A DNA stretch of 40,000 nucleotides from positions 59,470-99,469 of the forward strand of contig NZ_JACIDE010000010.1 in assembly GCF_014196205.1 (NCBI RefSeq), in the 5' to 3' direction. The notes below the pieces were generated by a model. That model ran no database searches, was not told the DNA's origin, and saw nothing but the letters and a program-made list of their open reading frames with translations. The DNA comes from Anoxybacteroides voinovskiense. Lineage in GTDB: Bacteria > Bacillota > Bacilli > Bacillales > Anoxybacillaceae. A program made the position numbers and the translations under genes. Of this stretch, positions 17,671 to 25,357 are shown piece by piece (the stretch's first letter is position 1; the number at the start of each line of letters is the position of its first letter).

Positions 17671-17708
17671 ACAAAAATAAAAGCACACTCTCGTGTGAAA
17701 GTGTGCTT
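17671..17708 (-). terminator. intrinsic terminator separating tail genes from the lysis cassette
   Basis: AAGCACAC...GTGTGCTT stem followed on the minus strand by TTATTTTTGT. Confidence 0.55.
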
Positions 17709-17727
17709 GTTGCGCATAATCGTCCTA

Positions 17728-17859
17728 TTACGCCACAAAATCTTCACCTGTAATCAATTTATACTCTTCTAATGTGATAACTCCCCATGAAGCCGCTTCA
17801 TGCACATCATCTTTTGTTAGATACCCCATTTGGTAAAAGATTTTATAAAAATCGAACAT
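17728..17859 (-). CDS. XkdX-family small phage protein, 43 aa (below the track cutoff)
   Basis: MFDFYKIFYQMGYLTKDDVHEAASWGVITLEEYKLITGEDFVA shows the typical XkdX pattern (ITxEEYxxITG). Confidence 0.7.
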   Translation of the reverse strand: MFDFYKIFYQMGYLTKDDVHEAASWGVITLEEYKLITGEDFVA

Positions 17860-17860
17860 A

Positions 17861-18058
17861 TCACATACCACCTTTCCATTTCGTGATTTCGATGTTTAAT
17901 GCAGAAACTGTTTTTGTGAGTTGCGCAATCACAGCGTCTTTTTTCTTGTTTTCGAGCGCTAATTGCGCTAGTGTTAACGCTATACTTTTCTCCGTCATTT
18001 CAGATTGTTGTCGTTCTTGTTCAACAATCTCCAAATCTTTAATTCTAATACTCTTCAC
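17861..18058 (-). CDS. coiled-coil small phage protein (XkdW-position)
   Basis: GTG 18058 lies 9 nt after GAGGAGG. 65 aa, heptad-rich. No family recognised. Confidence 0.5.
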   Translation of the reverse strand: MKSIRIKDLEIVEQERQQSEMTEKSIALTLAQLALENKKKDAVIAQLTKTVSALNIEITKWKGGM

Positions 18059-18072
18059 TGTTTATCGCCTCC

Positions 18073-19347
18073 TCATTCGAATGAGAAACCAAACCCATCA
18101 ACAATGATTTGGTCTGTTGCTGTTCCTTTCAGTATCTCGAATTGTATGTTAATTCCCCAATTCGCAGCTGTTTTTGTTGTATTTGTAAACGAATAAGATT
18201 GACGGTTAATGAACGCTGTTGTGATGTCCTCCCATGTCGGCGAGGTGTCAAATCCGTTATTACACACTTTTACAGATAGCGTTGCCCCTGTTGGAACAGT
18301 AACTACACCACTAACAACAATCTTCTTTGACGCAACAGATGTTTGAATCGGATTTTTTAATGTAAATTTAATACGGTCATCTGTCTTGGTGAATGTATAT
18401 GTCCTTGTTGCCGTACCGCCTTTTCCGTCGTCAACAGTAATTGTGATTGTATGCGAGCCAAGCGATAAGCTCGACCATACACCACTCAAATCGAATGTAT
18501 ATGTTTGATTTCGCACCGCGTTGCTAATCGTTCGAATCGTTGTCGCATCAACTTTTTCTGTGACCGTGAGCGTGTCGCTTGTATCTGTGTCGTTGACAGT
18601 ATAGTCAATCGTAAAAGGCGCAGCTTTATTCCCGAGATTCGCGTCTGCGCCAGAAATCACAGGGGCAGAATTCAGAACTTCAAGGACGGGGCGCCAACCA
18701 ATGTACGTGTAGCGAGAGCCAGACGAATAGTAGTCCCAGAAACGAGCCGAGATGTACCCGCGAATCGCACGGGAGGCGCTGTTTCCTGTATAGGTCTCCT
18801 GCACCCATGAATAAACGCCCATCCAATTCCATTTTTGATTATGTGACCCGTTCTTATCTGTACTGTTTAGCGTTGAATCTAAATCTGATGCGGTTGGGGT
18901 AGGTAATCCGCTCAATCCCGCTTCGTTTACAATCCATCTATCCCACTCGTTTGACGTGGGTGAACCGCCACTATAAGCATCTGTACCGCTGCGATAATTT
19001 GACCCGCCTGTCAACAATCGCAGTTTATATTGTTGTCCGTCAATCGTTACCGTTTTTCCTGTAACCAATTGCTGTGCGTTTAAGTCATCCCAACTGATAT
19101 TGACGAGCATGACACGGTCGCAGACGAGATATTTTTTACCACCGTCATTCACTTCAATCCATTGCATTTCATAGTTTATTTCCGTGTTTCGAATCTCTAA
19201 TGTAGCGCCCGCGCTATAATTCTGTATATTCCCTACACCAGCACCTGTATAAGGTTCTGCGTCGTTTCGCCACGGGTTTGTCGGACGAGGAATCCTTGTA
19301 CCGCCCATATACAGCGTGCCAAGTTTAATCACATCTCCATTCGCCAA
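18073..19347 (-). CDS. DGR target protein: N-terminal lectin-type variable domain (VR = residues 190-221) followed by two beta-sandwich/Ig-like domains; probable receptor-binding tail protein
   Basis: Contains the VR. The VR ends in GWRPVLE, a typical DGR C-type-lectin-fold terminus. TTG 19347 lies 7 nt after GGAAGGAGAG inside the RT 3' end. Located in the tail-fibre region. Confidence 0.85.
   Translation of the reverse strand: MANGDVIKLGTLYMGGTRIPRPTNPWRNDAEPYTGAGVGNIQNYSAGATLEIRNTEINYEMQWIEVNDGGKKYLVCDRVMLVNISWDDLNAQQLVTGKTVTIDGQQYKLRLLTGGSNYRSGTDAYSGGSPTSNEWDRWIVNEAGLSGLPTPTASDLDSTLNSTDKNGSHNQKWNWMGVYSWVQETYTGNSASRAIRGYISARFWDYYSSGSRYTYIGWRPVLEVLNSAPVISGADANLGNKAAPFTIDYTVNDTDTSDTLTVTEKVDATTIRTISNAVRNQTYTFDLSGVWSSLSLGSHTITITVDDGKGGTATRTYTFTKTDDRIKFTLKNPIQTSVASKKIVVSGVVTVPTGATLSVKVCNNGFDTSPTWEDITTAFINRQSYSFTNTTKTAANWGINIQFEILKGTATDQIIVDGFGFSFE
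18685..18779 (-). repeat. DGR variable repeat (VR), 95 bp
   Basis: Aligns without gaps to 20528..20622 with 10 mismatches. Seven of these are at template adenines on the coding strand. Confidence 0.88.
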
Positions 19348-20392
19348 ACTTCATCTCTCCTTCCACTTTTATATACGGATATGGAGCGAATATTTTCTTT
19401 GCTAGGTTGTAAGAATTACTATGGCGTGCATGACCAAGCCAGCTATCAACAGCTTGTTTCACTTCTTTCTCCGTCAGCAATCCTTCCTTTAACTTGCGAT
19501 CCATCGCTTTTATCCGTCGTTTCATTGCCCGTTTTGATTGATCGCGTACTTTTCGATGAGTTGTCCATATTTTAAAACCGTACGCATTTACACCTTGTTT
19601 TAGAGGAAATATCTGTGTTTTCTTCTCGTTTTCTTTTAAGTTCAATTTTGTTCGTAAAAACCAAATCATTCGCTCTTTTAACAATTTCGCATCTTCTCTC
19701 GTTGGTACTATTGCTATACAATCATCCATATAGCGCACGTAATATTTGATACCTAAATAACGCTTCACGTATTGGTCGAGTTCATTAAGGTAGATATTCG
19801 CAAAGTCTTGACTGGTAACATTCCCAAGAGGGATGCCAACTTTTCCTTCTGGACTACTGTCAATAATCGTATCAAGAAGCCATAATGTGCGTTCGCAAGC
19901 TATTTTCTTGCGTAAGATTCGTTTCAATATTTCGCGGTCAATTGTATAGAAAAACTTTGAAATATCCACTTTCACAATCCAACCGCCACCAAAATTGCGT
20001 TCAGCCATCCTCATATATCGTTGGACAGCTTCAACCGCTCGGTGTGTTCCTCGCCCCTCAAGACAAGCATAAGAATCTTTAGTGAATACGCCTTTGTATA
20101 CATCTTTAATCACGTTATGCACAGCAAACTGAACAATCTTATCTCGAATATGTGGGGCGCTGACTAAACGTTCTTTTGGTTCATACACTTTGAATCGAAT
20201 ATAATCACCGACTCGATACACCCCTGTTTTTAATTCTTTCCATAGATTAAACAAATTCACATCTTCGACCATCGAAAACAAAATAGCATCTCTCTTGAAT
20301 TTTCGAGAACCTTTTGTGGTCTGTTTATAAGCAAAAAGAAGATTATTAAAATCAACAATCTTCTCGTACAAACGATCGTATCTTTTCACCAT
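19325..20392 (-). CDS. DGR reverse transcriptase
   Basis: YMDD catalytic box (VRYMDDCIAI) and the DGR-typical IPLGNVTSQDFANIYL motif. Adjacent to TR and Avd. ATG 20392 follows AAGGAGG. Confidence 0.92.
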   Translation of the reverse strand: MVKRYDRLYEKIVDFNNLLFAYKQTTKGSRKFKRDAILFSMVEDVNLFNLWKELKTGVYRVGDYIRFKVYEPKERLVSAPHIRDKIVQFAVHNVIKDVYKGVFTKDSYACLEGRGTHRAVEAVQRYMRMAERNFGGGWIVKVDISKFFYTIDREILKRILRKKIACERTLWLLDTIIDSSPEGKVGIPLGNVTSQDFANIYLNELDQYVKRYLGIKYYVRYMDDCIAIVPTREDAKLLKERMIWFLRTKLNLKENEKKTQIFPLKQGVNAYGFKIWTTHRKVRDQSKRAMKRRIKAMDRKLKEGLLTEKEVKQAVDSWLGHARHSNSYNLAKKIFAPYPYIKVEGEMKFGEWRCD

Positions 20393-20656
20393 ATCGGCTG
20401 CCTCCTTTTACGCTAGGCGATATGGCTATTCATGTGTTTACGCTCTTCGAGCGAAGGATTACAGCTCCCTTGAAGTTTCAAAGCCTGTTAGAAAAGCCGT
20501 AGCTGTTCTAATCGAAAATACTAACAAGACGGGGCGCCAACCAATGTTCGTGTTGCGATTGCCAGACGAATGGTAGTCCGAGTAACGAGCCGAGTAGTAC
20601 CCGCGAATCGCACGGTAGGCGCCCAAACAGCCGCAACCCTAGTGATTACTATTATG
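20393..20656 (-). ncRNA. DGR template RNA region (TR plus ~135-nt spacer between TR and RT)
   Basis: Non-coding interval between the Avd stop and the RT start that contains the TR. The layout matches avd-TR-spacer-RT cassettes. The RNA ends were not determined. Confidence 0.5.
20528..20622 (-). repeat. DGR template repeat (TR), 95 bp
   Basis: Cognate of the VR. In the VR reading frame it would encode GAYRAIRGYYSARYSDYHSSGNRNTNIGWRPV, with AAY/TAC codons at the diversified positions. Confidence 0.88.
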
Positions 20657-20998
20657 TTAAGTTCTCATCCATCCGCCAAGCAATTTGCCGAGTTCAAAAA
20701 TTTTCGTTTGGAAATATAAATGTTTCTTCTGCGAAAGATATTTCTGCTTCTTAGCGACACTAAACAAAACAAGAAGAAGTTTTATATATGCATCCACTTC
20801 TTCTTGGTACAATCGTCTTTTCGATTTTACGTTGTTCGCAAGCATTATATATTTTAAAAGGGAGTAGAATGCTTGTTTAATTTCTTGACACAAAGCAAAC
20901 TTCTCCGCTTTTGGGAAGTTTTTTAAAACGGGATAGACTTCGTGCAGTAATACTTCTGCCTTTTTATATAAAATTAAATCTGTTGCTGATTGGCTCAA
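20657..20998 (-). CDS. avd: DGR accessory variability determinant (Avd, four-helix-bundle family)
   Basis: 113-aa helical basic protein (YPVLKNFPKAEKFALCQEIKQAFYSLL...) immediately upstream of the TR. The TTG start abuts the tail-fibre stop. Confidence 0.8.
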   Translation of the reverse strand: MSQSATDLILYKKAEVLLHEVYPVLKNFPKAEKFALCQEIKQAFYSLLKYIMLANNVKSKRRLYQEEVDAYIKLLLVLFSVAKKQKYLSQKKHLYFQTKIFELGKLLGGWMRT

Positions 20999-21493
20999 TT
21001 AAAGCACCAACCTTTTATTTGCGCTGTCATAAATTCCGTTCATCAAGTTAATATCATTTAAGTTTGTAAATGTTTCAATGAAAATATTGGCGGTGACACC
21101 GTTTAATGTTGCTCCTTTTAACGTTTCAAGCTCAACCGCCATGTCTATGATATTGAGATTGATGTTTGTGAATTTTGTCGCAGTTTCCGCCGAATGCGCA
21201 ACAACTGCATCATTCACTTGTTTCACCGCATTTGCTGTTGCGGCTTGTGTCGTCGATGTGCTTGTCAGTGTGTCGTTGAGTTGGACAATACCAGCTTGTG
21301 TTGTGCTTGCAGACGGCAGCGACTGTTGCGGCAACTGTTCCGACAGAATTTTCCCATCTGGTCCTAGGATAGCGACTTTCCCATCAATTTTGTCCCAGTT
21401 GTCATTCAGCATTGTCTGTATATTAAACGTGTCATTTGCGTCTGCAATAGGGTCTTTCTTGTACAATCCTAATCGAGGTGTGTTACTCGCCAA
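20999..21493 (-). CDS. tail fibre protein (short, XkdV-position)
   Basis: TTQAGIVQLNDTLTSTSTTQAATANAVKQV fibre-type repeat. TTG start lies 7 nt after GGAGGTG. Confidence 0.65.
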   Translation of the reverse strand: MASNTPRLGLYKKDPIADANDTFNIQTMLNDNWDKIDGKVAILGPDGKILSEQLPQQSLPSASTTQAGIVQLNDTLTSTSTTQAATANAVKQVNDAVVAHSAETATKFTNINLNIIDMAVELETLKGATLNGVTANIFIETFTNLNDINLMNGIYDSANKRLVL

Positions 21494-21495
21494 TA

Positions 21496-22032
21496 TTATG
21501 CACCTCCTGCAAATTTATCGAGCGTTGTCGCTTCCAATTGCGAAAGCGTCATTACGTTATGAACATCTTTTATTAGCAAATAAGAAAACTCGAAGTCTAT
21601 CGCCAAATGAGCCGGAATAATTTCACGCAAAGCGTTTTGAATGTCGGCTAAATTCGGCGGAACTCCGAGTTTGCTAACGAATTTAATTTTTACGGTGTAA
21701 AGCGAAGGTTGTTCAGTTACTTCGACTTCGCCGTTGTACCATGACTCTGCGACGTTTTTAATGAGAGCGACTGTTACTGTTCCGATGCCGCGTAACTTTG
21801 ACTTGATCACGCTACGACGTTGTTCAATCGGCTTACTTTCATCGACAGGGATACCGCAAATGCGCTCCCAATTTGCAAGTCCCCATGTGGCTGTGTCAAC
21901 ATAGAACTGTTCCAAAACTTCATCTATTGTAGCACTCAATTGTTCAACTTCTTCGTTCTCTGTCCCTATTAAGGTTTGAAATTCTCGTATATCTTGATAG
22001 TAATTAGGGAGATATTGAAATAGATTAGACAC
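21496..22032 (-). CDS. XkdU/YmfQ-like baseplate/tail protein (DUF2313-type)
   Basis: 178 aa, LPNYYQDIREFQ...WGLANWERICGI N-terminus typical of the family. Synteny after baseplate J. Confidence 0.75.
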   Translation of the reverse strand: MSNLFQYLPNYYQDIREFQTLIGTENEEVEQLSATIDEVLEQFYVDTATWGLANWERICGIPVDESKPIEQRRSVIKSKLRGIGTVTVALIKNVAESWYNGEVEVTEQPSLYTVKIKFVSKLGVPPNLADIQNALREIIPAHLAIDFEFSYLLIKDVHNVMTLSQLEATTLDKFAGGA

Positions 22033-23065
22033 TTATTGATACCCTCCCACGAACAGGAACCTCCTCATCTTGCAACGCGACATTAGCCGTGCCCCCATTC
22101 ACAGTCAGTCCATTGTAATCAATGACACCTGGCGTGTTCAGTAAGAGTGTTCCGATTTTTGCGTAGCTGACATATGTCATTGAAAAAGCAATCTCTTTGA
22201 AATATTCATCCAACGATACCGCAAATGCGTCTTGCACGTTTTGCAACGTATATCCTGACGCAAGAATCACATTCGCTGAAACGCTGATTGGTTTACCCGT
22301 TGCCGAAACAACTGTCACCGTTGCTCCGATTGGTCGCATTTGTTCGATATATTCTTGTACTTGTGTAACTAAATCATTTGTAGCTGGTCGCATATCCGTA
22401 TTGACGATGGTGACTTTGACCGTGCCTGAACCATTCCAAAGAGGTGTCACTTTTGCCGCACCTACGCCTGCGACCTCGGTTGCCCATTGTTTATAGTCCG
22501 CCGCATTTCCGCTCGTTCCTGGCTCCCGTACCTTTTGCAAAAATCGTTTCCGCAGTGACTCGTCGCTCTCCTCGTCTTCGCCAGGAAACAACACATCTGC
22601 CAACGTTGCTGTCCCTAGTCCCTCGATCGGTTCAATCGGCAATAAATTCCCGAATTCCTGATTTCCCGCACTTCCTGGTGTTTCAGCCTGCATGCGAAAT
22701 TGGCCGTCCGTGATTTTTTCGATCGCTACATAGACCATATCGTTTAGTCTAAATCGGCTTCCGATTGGAATATTAAACGGTACATCGTTTCCATCCGTAA
22801 ATATTCCTTTTCGCACAGCAGGTGTTGCTTGCTTTCTGTATACACCAAAGTCCGCGGCACGCTTATCTAAATATTCGCCCGTTGATGTTTCTCCGAACGC
22901 AAGGCGCAAAACGATATCTAACTCGTCGTACATTTGTGCCAATTCGATTGCAGCTGGCGCTAAAGCATCATAAATAATCGACCCTTCTCGTTTGTCTATA
23001 TCATCCGGTATACGATCCAGCATACGGCGTAAAATCGTCTCGAACGTCTGATTTTCAAACAACAC
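22025..23065 (-). CDS. baseplate J-like protein (XkdT-like)
   Basis: 346 aa, MLFENQTFETILRRMLDRIPDDIDKREGSIIYDALAPAA N-terminus typical of Baseplate_J. PBSX synteny. Confidence 0.85.
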   Translation of the reverse strand: MLFENQTFETILRRMLDRIPDDIDKREGSIIYDALAPAAIELAQMYDELDIVLRLAFGETSTGEYLDKRAADFGVYRKQATPAVRKGIFTDGNDVPFNIPIGSRFRLNDMVYVAIEKITDGQFRMQAETPGSAGNQEFGNLLPIEPIEGLGTATLADVLFPGEDEESDESLRKRFLQKVREPGTSGNAADYKQWATEVAGVGAAKVTPLWNGSGTVKVTIVNTDMRPATNDLVTQVQEYIEQMRPIGATVTVVSATGKPISVSANVILASGYTLQNVQDAFAVSLDEYFKEIAFSMTYVSYAKIGTLLLNTPGVIDYNGLTVNGGTANVALQDEEVPVRGRVSISV

Positions 23066-23465
23066 CGTTCACCTCTTTCGGCAGTTCTATTTTTCCATAA
23101 ACGGTGTAGCACACGATTTTCGCAACGGCTGAATCCCCAGAAAATTGCACCGTCACGTCTACATCTGTTACTCGCTCATCCTGCAATACAGCTTCCTTAA
23201 TTCGTCGCGGCAATTCTGCTTGAACGAATAGTCTTTCTTTTCCAATCAAGTTTTCAAAGCCGTAATTATCGCTATAAATCAAATATTTAAAACGATCGGT
23301 GCTCAGCATTTTAAAAATGGATTGCTTAATCGCTTCTACTCCATCAACCATTCCACTGCATTGGCCATTTTCAAAATCAAGGCGATACGTTTTTGACGGA
23401 ATCGCCGATGGTTCCACCACTTCTGCTTCTTCAATTGTGATGTTTTCAGAAGGAAGTACCATCAT
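23055..23465 (-). CDS. XkdS-like baseplate protein (DUF2634-type)
   Basis: TYRLDFENGQCSGMVDGVEAIKQSIFKMLSTDRFKYLIYSDNYG pattern. Synteny. Confidence 0.7.
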   Translation of the reverse strand: MMVLPSENITIEEAEVVEPSAIPSKTYRLDFENGQCSGMVDGVEAIKQSIFKMLSTDRFKYLIYSDNYGFENLIGKERLFVQAELPRRIKEAVLQDERVTDVDVTVQFSGDSAVAKIVCYTVYGKIELPKEVNGVV

Positions 23466-23719
23466 TTCACCACCTTGTCTAAAACAACAAATTGTTGTCC
23501 GCCTTGGACGCGGAGCAAAATGACTTTATCTGCGCGTTTCAAATTAGCTTGGGTTACACGCTCTGTAATAACCAAAAACTCTTCGGTCAGCTTCAACTTC
23601 TGATGTATTTGAACCTCAAGGGGGCTTTCAGATACGACCGTGCCAAACAACACATGAACGGGATTCGTCGCTTCTACAGCCTTTACGGCAACCGTTTTAA
23701 TTAAATCTATTAAACTCAT
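23462..23719 (-). CDS. XkdR-like small baseplate/spike protein (DUF2577-type)
   Basis: 85 aa. Both its position and its size are as in PBSX. Confidence 0.6.
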   Translation of the reverse strand: MSLIDLIKTVAVKAVEATNPVHVLFGTVVSESPLEVQIHQKLKLTEEFLVITERVTQANLKRADKVILLRVQGGQQFVVLDKVVK

Positions 23720-23720
23720 A

Positions 23721-24683
23721 TCAAATCACCTTCAAATCAAGCTGCATCGTATGCACGCCACCTTCCCAGTTATGCGTGCATTCATCGACAAGGAAATATT
23801 GTTTAATGCCGATTTTTTCAATGTACACAAACACAAAGCATCCGGCACGCACTTTCCAATGACCAAGGCAATTAAGTTTCAATGATTTCGTTTCCCGATT
23901 TCGTAACTTAATCAGCTTGTCCAACAAATCTTTAATTTGCGCTGCCGTCATCTTTTCATCGACTTTGCGAAACTCTTGCAACCGTCCCCATTTAGCAATG
24001 TTCGCGCTGTCTTGGGCGATATAGACCTCGCGTTTGCCGGTTTTTTTATTGTCTTGCACAATCTTGACGCGATTATACGTTTCTTCGTCGATTGATTTTT
24101 TGTACTCAAAATCAAAAAGCAGACTCTCTTCCCCAATGTAGAAGTCGTCTGCTGAAATAGCCATGTTATTGATATTTCGCAATTCTAATTTTCCGAAATT
24201 ATCGAACAGCACATAGTTTCTGTTCGTCGCAATTAGCGTTGAATCTAAAAACTTCGCTACCACATCGAGCGCTTTTTTGTTGTCCTCGACCATCGCCGGC
24301 ACTTTGTATCCTGTATCTTCAAATGTTCCGATTTTTAATCCTGCATCGGCAGCAATTTTCTTTATGCCAGCTGTCGCTGTTGTCGAAGAAAATACAAATG
24401 TGTCGTTATACATAAGATATCGCAATTGGTCATATGCTTTTACACTAAATTCACTACTTGTGTTAAAACCTGTTTCGAACACATATCCGTAAAAAAAATT
24501 GTATTCCCCGTCTGTTACACGAATAATAGCGCCACTATTGACTGGGAATTTTGTTGGTTGTTCAATGATTAATTTTGCGTCCAACGTTCCAGCTTTTCCA
24601 ATTCGGCTAGTTTTCCACTGCACGCTCGAAACAGGCATATCCCACACCGTTCCATCCCGATTATCAATCAATACTTCCATCAT
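23721..24683 (-). CDS. XkdQ/YqbQ-like tail protein (late control D-like hub)
   Basis: 320-aa ORF between the LysM protein and XkdR-like. ATG 24683 or 24680 overlaps the upstream stop; the track start is TTG 24692. Confidence 0.7.
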   Translation of the reverse strand: MMEVLIDNRDGTVWDMPVSSVQWKTSRIGKAGTLDAKLIIEQPTKFPVNSGAIIRVTDGEYNFFYGYVFETGFNTSSEFSVKAYDQLRYLMYNDTFVFSSTTATAGIKKIAADAGLKIGTFEDTGYKVPAMVEDNKKALDVVAKFLDSTLIATNRNYVLFDNFGKLELRNINNMAISADDFYIGEESLLFDFEYKKSIDEETYNRVKIVQDNKKTGKREVYIAQDSANIAKWGRLQEFRKVDEKMTAAQIKDLLDKLIKLRNRETKSLKLNCLGHWKVRAGCFVFVYIEKIGIKQYFLVDECTHNWEGGVHTMQLDLKVI

Positions 24684-25357
24684 TTCACCCAATCTGTAGG
24701 AATTTTTAATACCAAACCGATTGGTAATTTCCGCAACTGACTATCCTTAATCCCGTTCAGCTTTTGTAACTCTGGATATCGGTTGCCATTGCCTGTATAA
24801 AGCTTGGCTACTTTCCAAAGGTTGTCGCCTGCTTTTAGCGTGTATGTCGTCGGCTTTGGCTTCGTATTAGGACGGGTTGGTGCGTTTTTTTTCAAGACTT
24901 GAACAGCCGATGACGTTTGTTTTTTAACCACTTGCATTTTCTTTGGAGCGAATGGCACGTATGTTTTTAATTCCAGTGAAAAACTGACGTCTTCACTACC
25001 AAACGATTCGTCGTATTCAAATCGCTCAATCGTGACTAATTCATTGATTGTAAAAGAGCCGTTGACATAGATATATCGAATCGGTTGTTTATTTCGCATC
25101 CATTTTTCTAACAAGTCAATGTAGTATTTCGGTTCTTTAAAAACCGCACCAGAATAATGAGTAGGTTGCGCAGGAAAAAAGGATTCGAGAGAGAAGCCCG
25201 ACAACTTTTTATCTTTCGGCACGTTTACACGCCCAAGCTTTGCAATTGTAAACTCCTCTCCGTCTCCTTCTGTTTTTACGTTCACCTTTTCAGGATTCAC
25301 AGGAAGCCGAAACATTTCTTGGTCATTTTCGTGAAAATAAATGGCTCGTTCCATCAC
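24680..25357 (-). CDS. XkdP-like tail protein with C-terminal LysM domain
   Basis: C-terminal YTLKAGDNLWKVAKLYTGNGNRYPELQKLNGI (LysM). ATGA overlap with the TMP gene. Confidence 0.8.
   Translation of the reverse strand: MMERAIYFHENDQEMFRLPVNPEKVNVKTEGDGEEFTIAKLGRVNVPKDKKLSGFSLESFFPAQPTHYSGAVFKEPKYYIDLLEKWMRNKQPIRYIYVNGSFTINELVTIERFEYDESFGSEDVSFSLELKTYVPFAPKKMQVVKKQTSSAVQVLKKNAPTRPNTKPKPTTYTLKAGDNLWKVAKLYTGNGNRYPELQKLNGIKDSQLRKLPIGLVLKIPTDWVK

Noticed and set aside
18640-18684. Hairpin/cruciform immediately downstream of the VR, as in the Bordetella DGR
   Set aside because: I found only weak or short inverted repeats, for example GGCGCAG...CTGCGCC with a 21-nt loop further downstream. That is not convincing enough to annotate.
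19325-20392. RT as a retron or group II intron reverse transcriptase
   Set aside because: An adjacent Avd gene, a TR/VR pair with adenine-biased mismatches and the LGNVTSQ motif identify it as a DGR RT. No intron RNA domains or msr/msd-like repeats were seen.
21078-21620. 180-aa plus-strand ORF
   Set aside because: It is antisense to the tail-fibre and XkdU-like genes. The Ser/Val/Ala/Cys-rich product is an artefact of the fibre gene's codon pattern.
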